A DNA stretch of 64,000 nucleotides from Owenia fusiformis. Taxonomy: Eukaryota. A model generated the notes under the pieces. That model did not search any database. It was not told the DNA's origin and saw nothing but the letters and a program-made list of their open reading frames with translations. Numbering within the stretch: position 1 is the stretch's first letter; every line of letters starts with the position of its first letter. Below are positions 14,601-25,934 of this stretch, in pieces. The stretch lies in NCBI GenBank assembly GCA_903813345.2, contig CAIIXF020000001.1, positions 11,408,001 to 11,472,000 of the forward strand. Reading direction: 5' to 3'. The translations under genes and the position numbers were made by a program.

Positions 14601-17600
14601 GTTTTAATAATCAGTCTTAGTTTGATAGAGTTATGGTCGTTCCAAAATATGCTCCAACATTGAATGAAGTCTTTCAGAGCAATTAAGCTTCATTTAAAGA
14701 AAATATTGAAGAAAATGGAGGGTTGCATTTTAAAAGTTGATAAACAATTGTCGAAACCATATGTTCTTTAACATGTAGATTTCAAATATGACATCACTTT
14801 GTCAATGACTGAATTTTGAATATTTAATGACGCAAATCACAATTATTTCTACTCACAACTAGTATATAATGATAGTAAAAATAAATGAAAATGACTCATT
14901 TAAACACATCATGTAATATTATTTTGACTTATACGTAAGCAAAACAATAAATTTTGTAATCGTGACCAATTTTATAATATCATCAGAAATTACAATACAT
15001 AGAAACCTTTCAGTGCCAACAGCAGTCAGATGTCTGTACCTAACAATAACATTTTTGCAAATGAAATAATTCAATTCGCAAAATGCAGTTATTTATACGA
15101 GGGGTGATCAATAAGTAATGGACGCTTTTTTACACAGATACTTTTTATACATAAATACTCTAACTATAATGATGTCAATGTAAAATAAGGACTGGTGATC
15201 AATGTCACTACCTTTTGATGAATTAACTGTTATTTTACTTGATTCAGATTAATGAAACTGGAAGTTTTGAAGTCCTAAGTGCAAGGGCAGGTAAAGCATT
15301 CCTAGGTTTAAGAAGACTGCTTACAGGAAAGGTAAATATGGCAAAAATATGTTAAATGGTAAGTATAAAAATGCAAAAGTGCAAAATGCAAAAGTGCAAA
15401 TTTTTTCCATGTTTTAAACAAGTTAAAGCACTTGACTTATGGTTTAAATGAGCATTCCATGTTAGCATTTTCTCAAAATGGTATCTATTATCATCATACA
15501 TCTAAGTATCTTATATAATATTCCTGTATAATATCATAACCCTATGGTATCTTATGTTTTAACCATGTGGTATCTTATATCATGATATTGTGGTATCTTA
15601 TATTTTATCCCTGTGGTATCATGACATGTGGTATCTTATATTTTATCCCTGTGGTATCATGACATGTGGTATCTTATATTTTAACCTTGTGGTATCTTAT
15701 TTCATGACACTGTGGTATCTTATATTCTAACCATGTGGTATTTTATATCATGATAATGTGGTATCTTATATTTCTATCCTGTGGTATCATGACATGTGGT
15801 ATCTTATATTCTAACCCTGTGGTATCTTATTTCATGACACTGTGGTATCTTATATTTTATCCCTGTGGTATCATGACATGTGGTATCTTATATTTCTATC
15901 CTGTGGTAGGAAATCTTAATACCCTGTGGTAGGAGAAGATGGAGCCAAGGAGGAAGATGTGATTAAGGCTGAAGGAGAGCAGAAAGATATTGGTGCATAT
16001 GATGTTGTCGAGGAAATGCCTGAGATGTTATGCTTTTCATATGGGAATGCTGTTGAAAAGGACATTGGTATGAACATTGTTTGTATAAAGTAAAAGGAAT
16101 ACTCTTAGAAAACATATTCTTACACATCAATTTCTAATTTTTCCAGTTTCCTATGAGAGTTTTAACACCAAACTGGATTAGAAATAATTCAGTTCAAAAG
16201 TGGAGGTTATTCTTTAATCATTTTGAGTTTTCAAGTTCCCTCCACATAAACAACTTTTAATTCTAGGAAAATTTAGCAAAGAAGACCTTGCTAGATGTGT
16301 CCTATCGAACACCTGCTTTGACTTCATTCAGAGTGCTTGTTGTGCAGCAGAGTGAAAATTTAATGAACATATACTTCTGTGGCGGATTTACCAATCATGA
16401 ACTTTGTTGCTATGAAATGTCTAAGTTGTGCTGTTAACATGCTGTCTATGCAAATAAGGTACAGTAATATGTTTACAGGTTGATTTCAATGAAATGCACA
16501 TCTGCTTTATTGATAACTTGAATTCAATTTTGAATATGAATATGAACAGGTCAAATAATAACTTTATTTGCTTTGACGCAACAGATTATTATTAATGACC
16601 ATTTTCAAGACTTTAACCATTATGGCTTTAACTACAGATAACTTTGTCCAGCTTTTTCTAAGATTTTCCCAGAATACATGGTCTATATGATAAATTCTAC
16701 ATACATTGTGTGAAAATCAATAACGCAGATGCGAGTAAGTAGTTACCAGTTTCACCACCAGGTGGCTCATTCGGGCCAGATAACATGGCGGGTATAGGAG
16801 AAAGTTCCCTTCAACTTAACTTTAATTTCTTTCAGTGGTTCAATTTTCATATAACCCTTATGTATCTAATAGTTATGCAAATTAAAATATGTCCAGCAAA
16901 ATAAAATGTTATCTGTCCAATACAAGAAAAGATATTTCACATTTGGTGCTTTTGTAACATGGGGTCTATAGGGAATCAACCCGAGCTAGAAATCACATTT
17001 TCAAAAATCTTGAATTTTCAAAGTTGATTAACAATTTTCGGAATCATATTTCTAGCTGTTTTTTTTCATGTAGATTACAAATATGACATCACTTTGTCTG
17101 AATTTTGAATATTCAATGATGTAAAACAAGTTTATATCTACTCGCACCTAGTCTATTAGAAACAGTGATCTCCCCAGCATTTAAGTGTGTAGGCGCAACA
17201 CTCATCTAAAAATCTATTTGCACCCAATTGAAAAAAAATGAGAAAAATGAAAAATCAAGGCATATATTGGCCAATTTTGATCTGAATTGTGAAAATGAAA
17301 ATTTTGGAACCACTAAGGAAAAAATCCTAAGGAGGAGGCTGAGAAATGCAACATACATGTATATACACATATTTCTATTCATTTTTTTTTCTTGTTAATT
17401 GTGTCTGGTTTCTATGTATTTGTTTTGGTTGCTATCCATTTATAATATTATTATAAATATAACATATATAATATCAAAACAAATTTTGTAACAACCATTA
17501 ACAAAAATAATAAGTTTTTCTATTCATTATCTTTTACTGATTATTGTTTCTGATTTCTATGTGTTTGTTTTGGTTGCCACACTGACTAATATAATAACAT

Positions 17601-20600
17601 TTATATAATTTCAAACCATGAACATGATTTTCAACAGATGAAACAGCAAGGATTGGAACATCTAACAAGACATTAACAGGCAAAATGTCACCACCTGTCA
17701 TTTATTACAGACACCAAACACTAAACACCAGATGCTGAACAATGACCACCAAACACCAAACAACGACCACAAAAAGGTTGTGGTGGTGACATGAAAACTA
17801 AAACAAATTCTGTGCACATGATGAGGTGTTTGAATAAATATACAGGGTGTCCCGAAAGTATGGGCCCCCCTAGGCAGACATATACCAGTGTGGTCATAGT
17901 ATGTGTCATATATCATTTTAAAGCCTATCCAAAGTTACATTGATTCGCCAAGTATCATGGTTCAACTCTCAAATGTGAAAAAATTACAGGCATTTCAAAA
18001 TTTAGTGTTTGGTCAAAATTAAGTTCAATTTTACACCAAAACACTAGTCAATGTGTCCTCCCGGGCCATCTTAATAGCAGCAATTATTTTCAGGTCGGAT
18101 GGATATTGAGTGGGAAAAAGAGAACGGTGAGGGTAGATACTCTAAGGAAACTCTTCTAAAGTTCCTTAACAGGTTTTAAGAGGGTTATAAAATTCCACAC
18201 CCCTATTTCAAGGGCCTTTAAGGTCATATATGAAAATAATTGCTGCTGTGAACATGGCCAAGGGGGGACTCATTGACTAGTGATGTGGTGTAAAATTGAA
18301 CTTTATTTTGACAAAACACTAACTTTTAAAATGACTGTAACTTTTTCCCATTTGGGAGTTAAACCATGATACTTGGCAAATCAATGTAACTTTGGATAAG
18401 CTTTAAAATGATATATGACACATACTAGGAGGACACTGGAATATGTCTGCCTAGGGGGGGCCCCATACTTTCGAGACACCCTGTACATAATTCTGGCCAT
18501 AAAGTTTTCTCGAGAAAATGTTCAGAGGAGGGAAATTAGTGCAACAGATTTCGGATAGCCATATGTTGGATTTTGGCTATTCTCTGAGGATTTAAACGAA
18601 AAGCATGGGGTTGTGGGAAGATACTTAATGGAAAATACTCCAGGAGGTCAGGTTACTTAGTCAAGGGAGCCAAGCATATATTATCATCAATATTTTCATA
18701 GATCTCAGTCATCAGACACCAATCAAAAACAAGACATTAACATGTCACCACCTGTCATTTGTTACAGACACCAAATCCTGACCACCACGTGCTAAATGCC
18801 AAACACCAACCCCTGAACACTATCCACTAAAAAGTTGGAGACTTAAACAATACCTCTGTTGGTGACATAAAAATCATATTGTGAATAATATGGCAGACAG
18901 TGAATGAAACACAAACATTTTACTCACCCATTCCGCATGCCAAACTGTCTCCTTGATGGTTAAACTTTGTCAACTAAAAATAACAATATGACGACAATAT
19001 AGCACAGTAATACAGCATGAATACAGGTTTATTTTTCTTTAATCAGGCCAGGCAGCTTAACCCGACCCCCCCCCCCCTCCTGGCCTCAAATTCTCTCAAA
19101 ATCATACAATTTTCACAAATTCAGAGCAGTTTTTAAGTGATTTTGGGCCATAGTTGTCAAATGTGAACCCTCCTGGAACCCCCTTGGCAAAAGCTGGCTC
19201 TAGGACTGTCAATGAATTTATTTTCATAACCAATGATTGGAATTTGGAATAAACAACAATGTTGAAATGTGGCACACAACGATGTGATATATGTTTGAAC
19301 ATCATTAAGAATATTGCAATAATGTAAAATATTAAAAGAAGTATCTCAGATATTGTAGTGGAAAAAATGTTAATTGATTATTATGTTGGTCAGTTGATTT
19401 GTTGTATCCTAGAAAATCTCCAGTTAAAATGTTTCATGCAACATGTGGAATAATTGGCAATAGTATGACATACGAGTAATTCCATTCATATTGTACTTAC
19501 AGAAATAATACCAGGTGCTCCTGGGTCATGCAATTGGCATTTAACATCTCCTGTATCAGCATCAAATACATCGATGGTACGCTTCTCACCCTGTGTATAA
19601 CCTGGGAACTTGGGGTCAGGGTAGCGACCAACAATAATAAGGTCTTCTAGTGGATGCCACTGAGCCTAAAACAACAATATACAACCATGATATACAAGGA
19701 TCACTTTGGTAAAAATATGTCTCAGAATTTGGAAATTGAAATGTACATGATTGTATAAATCTGTGACAAAGAATAATCTGTTGCATGCATTATAAATGTA
19801 ATTTTATCTTGCCAAATTAACTTACATACATGTTTACTGTATCTCTTCTTTGCCAGTTCTCTCGAAATGTGAACCAAATTCAAAATCTCTAAAATCTCAA
19901 ATTCTCTAAAATCTCACAATAACTATATTTAATACCTTAATTGGGGTGATATGTCTAAATGCCCTGTGAGGGTGGCTAATGGTTGTTCCAAGGGTCCAAC
20001 TAGGACCCCCATACACTCGGAGCTCATCATGTTGATCCGTACACAAAAGCCTCTTGCCATCTGTAGGACTAAAGTATGCTAAAAGAATAAGCAAAGTTAC
20101 CTTTATAGGTGTGATATGCTGGAAGCCTCTATGAGGGTGTTGTATATTGGTTTCTAGGTGCCACTCAGGGGATCTGTATACTCTAATGTCACTGTACTGG
20201 TCTGTAGTTAGTAACCTTGTACCATCAGATACACTGAAATATGCTGTCATAAACAAAATACTTAATGATCACCTGTAAACTGGATCTAATTTCACATCAG
20301 GGCACTTCTAAATCTATATCAAATCATCAATTTACTTTTGTAAAAGAACGCTTTTCGCAGCTCAATTTCAATCATTTTTTGAAAAAGGCAGGTCTTCACA
20401 AAATGGTTACTTGAAATAGCACACAAGAACATACCGATCAGCCTCAAGACAAATGATCACCTCAACTCATCACTGTATTGGGATGACCTGTTCTCAAACT
20501 ATTTGATGGGATACACTTACCAGAATTGACTCCCTTGCTGTGAGGAAGAACTTTGAGTACTGATGACCTATCTTTCACCATTCTGAGGTCCCACAGCTGA

Positions 20601-23528
20601 ACAGTTTGGTCCATAGAGGCAGTACATAGCAACCAGTCCTCTCTTGGGCTGAACTCTACATGGGTTACCTTGTTCTTATGAAGTCTTGACTGCCAGATCT
20701 TCAATAGGATAATGCGAGATATTAATGTTCATATTGTGCAATTCACAGTATCAGACTTAATAGAAGATAGAACTGGAAACTACCCTTGAATCAATGGTCA
20801 CTGAACCTCTAAAAATGCATTTCAAAACCACTGGATATAGCCTGAGGTACACAAGTACAAAAGGTATCTTTGCAGAAATGGTCATGCTTATAAATTAAAA
20901 ATTCTGTATCATTATGTGACCTTAGACGGAATGTGTTTAACTGGTGAAATCATTTATTTAGAGATATACTGTACTCCAACTAATATTTGACACTATTATA
21001 TTTCGCGTTTTTGGCATTTTGAAATTTCGCGGCGATCATATTTCGCTAATTTACAGTTTTTTAAAATTTCGTGGGTATTAATCTCCACGGATTTGTCATA
21101 CAGGATCACTCTTTCGACTTTGATATCAGCCATGGTAGTCCTTCACCCATTGATTTTGGCTTCTTATAAAGCCTTTTCGTTAGAATGTTCGTTTTAATAC
21201 AGTAATAACGATCTCTCTTTTAATTTCTCTTTTACAAAACTCAAAATGTCACGTTTTTACCTATTATCACCCAGCACTGGACGAAAATATTGTCAACATT
21301 GAAATCTCTGGGAATTTCCTTGGAATTATGCAACTATCAAATTTCAAATATAGTACCGCGTGACAATTACCGGGAGTACAGTAATTGATTTACCTTTTTG
21401 CCCTGAGTATTCATAAGAGTGACATTCCCTTTGTTATCGCCAGCAGATAGCACCTTCCTCTGTGAGTTTACATCCACTCCACAGAACCAATGGCTGCAAC
21501 ACAGAAACAATACAAAAAGATTATTACTTCGCTAACTTACATCAGTATTCCAGATTAGAGACCAGCATGTTAATGTCTAAATTATATCATAGACCAGTTG
21601 CATTACTATTTCCAAATAGGCGTACCTCATCAAATGAATAGATAATTGATAGTTTAACCTCATATGAAAAGTAAATAAAAAATGACATAATTTAAAAGCG
21701 CTAAAGCAGCCAAGCGCCGTTGAACTCACTCAAGGTCCATGGTATCAAGGAACACTTTGTTTTGTACACCCTCAAAATCATGTAGCTCTATCTTCCCATC
21801 TATGGATGCTGTCAGCAAGCACTTTGGGTCATCAGGCCAGAACTTCATGGCTTGAATAGATCCCCCTGGACCTTTCTAGAATGTACCATAGAAGAATTTT
21901 TGAATTTTGTGATTACTGGCTCAGATGGACAACATTTGAAAAAATTACTAATGTTTTAGCAATGGTATATATACAAATTATTAATGTTTTAGCAATGGTA
22001 TATATACAAGGCATTAACATGCAAAATGTCCCACCGTATGCCACCTACCGAATACCATCCACAAAAAAGTTGGAGACTACACTATGACATAAAAATGAAA
22101 ATCATTTTTATTTGTGAGCATATTAAGACTTTTTGTACTGTATACTAGCTACTGTATACTAACTAGAGGTGTCACGGTCCAAAAGAATTTGATTCAGTAT
22201 GGAACGGTACAAATGGTCTCGGGACACCATACTTTCGGGACGGGGCAGGACATTAAAGAAAAATTATGCAATGTCTGATGATGGCAGTTTCAATTTTTCG
22301 ACATCATATTCAGAATTAAAATCGAATGTAAAGCATCTGCGATGTGATCGGCATTTCACATAATCAGCACGGTGTACTATCACCAATTCGTTTACCTTGT
22401 GATATCAGAGTCCCAAAAAACTTCCAAACTGCCGACTTTTTCGGCTAGGATGCCGGCTCAATTTTTCAATTTCTTTTCTACATCCAGCATATTAAACCTT
22501 TCTGTCCCATGTCCCGAACCGAAGCATCTGGTCCCAAATTCAGTCTAATATCGGGAAACCGTGACATCTCTAATACTAACCCCTTGAACAAATGTGTCCT
22601 GGTTGAGTTCATTGACATTCCATAGTATAATGTCACCACCTTTGGACCCTACAGCCAGCATGCTAGGATTGTTCGGGTGCCACTCTAGAGCAGTCACACG
22701 CCTGTCAAAAGGACTAGCTGTCCGATACAACTGCATGTCAGTCACGAGTTGAACTATGGAAGATTTTGCACTCTGGAATGAGAAGAAGGTAACTGAACAG
22801 TGAGAATGATTTCAGAAAAAGTGCAAGATCTCTCTAGACATGTTTGCTTTTGGTTTTGATGAAGAAAGTATATTTACCAGTTAACTGTTTTAAGCCAGAG
22901 CCTGACTTTTGGTTAGTATTCTTTGCAATTTGTTTTATATTGATATTGATAAGTCTACATGATTCTAAACTCAATGTCAAAAATATAAAGGAGTGCACCA
23001 ATTATTAACAGGTATCATGCTTCTTGAGTCGATAACGACTTTCCACATGACATTCTTTTATGATGCAGCTGTATGATCAGATAAACAAAATACCTTTTTT
23101 AAATTGTTGAATTTTCCACCATGACCCATTCTGTTTGCGAATAAGTGCTGTATCACACTGTTGCAGCTTGCCTGGTATCTGGGGCTTGGTGTCGAGCATG
23201 TGAACTGGTAGGTTGACTTTCTGGGATGCAAGGAACATGGAAACACAAGGTTGGATCCATGAGTGTTAATATCTAATGGTGACAGCGTACTGCCAGTGCT
23301 AGTAGATGCATCTGTGTCTGCATGCGATGGTTTTGTTACACATGATGTATTGTCATTTGTGATTGTCAAATTAGAGTTTTGATCCTTAGCTATTTGCCGT
23401 TTTCTCTTAGGTGGAGCTGAGGCCTTTAAAGAAGGGCTTTCTACATCTACATTTCTTTTTCGCCTGCTCGCACGGGTAGGTACTGATGGAACTGGAGTAT
23501 TTTTGTCAGATGTTTTGCCTTTGGCCAT
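11426..23528 (-). CDS. DDB2: DNA damage-binding protein 2 (DDB2/XPE), complete spliced CDS ~552 aa
   Basis: Exons 23528-23094, 22772-22581, 21875-21730, 21493-21394, 20698-20521, [20243-20101 or 20078-19936], 19665-19501, 18973-18928, 11679-11426. All GT-AG, frame-consistent (1659 nt). Motifs [26 protein letters not shown] (DWD box), [32 protein letters not shown] match DDB2. Confidence 0.96.
15540..15930. repeat. Composite minisatellite, core TGTGGTATC, ~15-23 bp units
   Basis: Repeated tgtggtatcttatattttatccc / tgtggtatcatgaca units. Confidence 0.92.
17665..17800 (+). repeat. Short dispersed repeat family (6 copies), possibly HINE/Helentron-associated
   Basis: CAAG(G/A)CATTAACATGCAAAATGTCACC end, ATGTCACCACC/GGTGGTGACAT sub-terminal IR; other copies ~18728-18875, ~22005-22097 (+) and ~40316-40452, ~46708-46874, ~51565-51708 (-). 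Confidence 0.75.
17843..18483. mobile_element. Tc1/mariner-type MITE with long TIRs
   Basis: TA|CAGGGTGTCCCGAAAGTATGGG ... CCCATACTTTCGAGACACCCTG|TA; inverted similarity extends ~250 bp. Confidence 0.9.
18928..18973 (-). CDS. DDB2: DDB2 exon, 46 nt
   Basis: ttttag|TTG...G|gtgagt; [15 protein letters not shown](G). Confidence 0.93.
19044..19208. mobile_element. Degenerate CAGGCC-family MITE
   Basis: CAGGCC...GGCTCTAGGACTG termini, flanks TTAAT/TCAAT; related to 48238-48408. Confidence 0.55.
19501..19665 (-). CDS. DDB2: DDB2 exon, 165 nt
   Basis: ttttag|GCT...TCT|gtaagt; [39 protein letters not shown]... Confidence 0.95.
19936..20078 (-). CDS. DDB2: DDB2 alternative exon B, 143 nt (variant FRH hairpin)
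   Basis: tcttttag|CA...AAG|gtatta; [48 protein letters not shown]; same length and phase as exon A. Confidence 0.88.
20101..20243 (-). CDS. DDB2: DDB2 alternative exon A, 143 nt (canonical FQH hairpin)
   Basis: atgacag|CA...AAG|gtaact; [48 protein letters not shown]. Confidence 0.93.
20521..20698 (-). CDS. DDB2: DDB2 exon, 178 nt (DWD/WDxR box)
   Basis: attgaag|ATC...G|gtaagt; [39 protein letters not shown]... Confidence 0.94.
20969..21381. mobile_element. MITE with TA TSD in DDB2 intron
   Basis: TA|CTGTACTCC ... GGAGTACAG|TA; internal TTTCGC repeats. Confidence 0.7.
21394..21493 (-). CDS. DDB2: DDB2 exon, 100 nt
   Basis: ttgcag|C...AAG|gtaaat; [33 protein letters not shown]. Confidence 0.94.
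21730..21875 (-). CDS. DDB2: DDB2 exon, 146 nt
   Basis: ttctag|AAA...GA|gtgagt; [36 protein letters not shown]... Confidence 0.94.
22164..22572. mobile_element. hAT-like MITE with 8-bp TSD ATACTAAC
   Basis: TIRs TAGAGGTGTCACGG / CCGTGACATCTCTA; ATACTAAC at 22156-22163 and 22573-22580. Confidence 0.9.
22581..22772 (-). CDS. DDB2: DDB2 exon, 192 nt
   Basis: ttccag|AGT...GGG|gttagt; [52 protein letters not shown]... Confidence 0.95.
23094..23528 (-). CDS. DDB2: DDB2 first identified coding exon (disordered N-terminus plus DDB1-binding helix)
   Basis: ATG at 23528 (MAKGKTS...); basic clusters [23 protein letters not shown] resembles the DDB2 H-box; donor AAG|gtattt. Acceptor ttttcag at 23572-23573 implies an upstream exon, so an N-terminal extension cannot be excluded. 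Confidence 0.8.
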
Positions 23529-24197
23529 TTCGATTAAGCTGTAGGTATTGAGTTGATTCTGCAAGCCTGTTCTGAAAATAATAAAGTAATCATTTCATTA
23601 TCATGATCAAGGTCTATTGAATTTTGGATTCTATTTTTCTGATTTATTCAAAGCTGTAATACACGATCATAGTGACTTATTTTCAAAATTTAAATAGTTT
23701 ATCCCACAGTTGGCTAATTTGTTCATACATGCAAATTCCCAATTGGGCTTTCTTGTGTTTAACTGCGCAAAGAATTTGATGCATAGTCTCTTATTCAATG
23801 GATAGACTCATTCTCAAAATTCATTTCGTTCGTTGCGTACCTTCACTACCTAAGGCACAGGAGGCACGGATTGCACTGGACAAAAGGCTCGGAGATTGGG
23901 ATAGACTCTCATTTGCATCACAAGCTAAAGAGATGGACAAGTGTCATCTCAGCGAGAATTTTGCATGACAAAAACAGCGACCATTTTGGGTCATTTTCAC
24001 TGATGTCAGCCTTTTTAAAATCCATCTTTTAAGATGTTAAGACCTCTTGTCTTTTTTTTAATTTAATTTCTTATAATTTCGAGTGATGGGATACTATAAG
24101 ACTCTAGTAATACAGCTGTGCAAGTTCAAGTCACCAAAATAAATAAAACTTTATTGTTTTGAATTCCTGTTTCCAATCCTGGTACTGGTAGTTTATC

Positions 24198-24614
24198 CCG
24201 AGCGCAATCTTTTGCCTGTATGATTACAACTTGGGAGAATAATCTACGCCCCTTACACTAAAGATACCTACATAATGTACTTCAATAGATTCCTTGGTAT
24301 TTTAGCATTCTTTTCATGTAGTTGAATCCACAATTGTGTGGGTATATCAGCAGAACGGGAACATTTTTCTTTTACATCAAGAGAGATTCCATCACTTTTA
24401 AAGATGGCGGTTGGATTTAAAAGGGGATTCCCTGTTTGACTGGCCCGGAAGTATCCCGGAAGTACCAATAAATTGTGGATTCAACTACACGGAAAGAATG
24501 CTAAAATACCAAGGAATCTACATGTATTGAAGTACATTGCGTAGGTATCTTTAATGTAAGGGGCGTAGATAATTCTCCCAAGTTGTAATCATACAGGCAA
24601 AAGATTGCGCTCGG
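24198..24614. mobile_element. Palindromic MITE, ~140-bp inverted arms
   Basis: CCGAGCGCAATCTTTTGCCTGTATGATTACAACTTGGGAGAAT... and its reverse complement ending 24614. Confidence 0.88.
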
Positions 24615-24823
24615 TCCAGGACTATAGTCCTGGCATGGGATAACTGTAAGTAAGTACGTTTCGAAAGAAATGTTGACTGAAGTCAATGTTTGAGATATTC
24701 TATAGCGGTAAACACTATATATAAAGACTATACAGTGAAATACAAGAAAAGCAACTGATTAATCAACAAGATTCATATTTAAAACATGGGCTTTCAATCT
24801 GCTTCCAAGAGAAAGCCCATGAT

Positions 24824-25346
24824 CACCCCGGAATAGCCTGACTACGGTAAAGTCAGATACCGTTGTCACAAATGGCGGACATAACCGTCGCTTCAATTAG
24901 ATTTTCATGAATTGTATGTTTAATAGAGCACCTAGACTAAATTCCTTTAAGAACAACAATCAATCAAAGTGTCTTAATACTCATTGTACAGTTAATAATG
25001 TTCTACCATCGAAATAAAGTATTTAATTTAACCGATCAAAATGAAATACGGGACAACGGACACTGTAATTACCATATGCCGTTGTCTTTCTAAATTACTC
25101 AAATTCAGATTCCGTTGTCATTGACGATATCGAAGACGCTTTATTGTGGCGATTCACGACACAATTTGATCGAAAATGCGATTTCATATAATACATTATG
25201 ACAAGAGCTTATAAGCATGCAAAGAATTAGCGACGATAAAATCCCATGAAATGAGGACCAAGTGATTAAACAGTTGAAGCGACGGCTATGTCCGCCATTT
25301 GTGACAACGGTATCTGACTTTACCGTAGTCAGGCTATTCCGGTGTG
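24824..25346. mobile_element. CAC...GTG non-autonomous DNA transposon, ~75-bp TIRs, AT flanks (CMC/EnSpm-like)
   Basis: AT|CACCCCGGAATAGCCTGACTACGGTAAAGTCAGATACCG... / ...CGGTATCTGACTTTACCGTAGTCAGGCTATTCCGGTGTG|AT. Confidence 0.88.
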
Positions 25347-25934
25347 ATGTTTAGACAGGTGATTAGATCCTTAGACTTTAGCTTTTAAAAACCCCGCGAA
25401 AATTATTGTCAACAACTTACTAAAACCAAAATAAAAACAAATCGGTACTTCAAATACCTGTCTTTCAGCGTTCAAATACTTGAAAAATACTTTGGAAAAT
25501 AAATTATGCCATTCAATTCGTTCTAAAGGTTCTACTAAATCTCAAATATAACTTTGGAGTAAAGGAGATAAAAATCGTGAAATAATATTTCCGTTATCGC
25601 CCACTTATATAACGGGAGCATAAAGTAAATATATTCTTAATCGCTGTATCTTATCATCTTATTAACAAATTGTTAACATGTATATCGTAAATATAGGAAT
25701 TAATATAAAATGTGTAGACATCAAACACAGAGACATCATTATCCTTTATTGAAAATACAATAACACACACTCATTATAGTTGCTGGGCGATAATAGGTGA
25801 ATATCTGTGTGATTCCATGTCTTATATATTTCAATATATTCCATTGTAAATGTACTGTTTTAAAAGTCGAAGACAGCATTATATATAAAAGAAAAGTTAG
25901 TAGAACAGTTCGAGATTTAATATTGATTAAGTAG

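Noticed and set aside
15735-15932. 65-aa repetitive ORF and CRISPR-like look of the TGTGGTATC array
   Set aside because: Translation of a minisatellite; no unique spacers, no cas genes, eukaryotic context.
19906-20256. 116-aa ORF as a standalone gene
   Set aside because: It is DDB2 exons A and B read through the 22-nt spacer and flanking intron.
24785-24821. Hairpin as histone stem-loop or terminator
   Set aside because: 11-bp stem with 15-nt loop does not fit the histone stem-loop; no histone ORF upstream.
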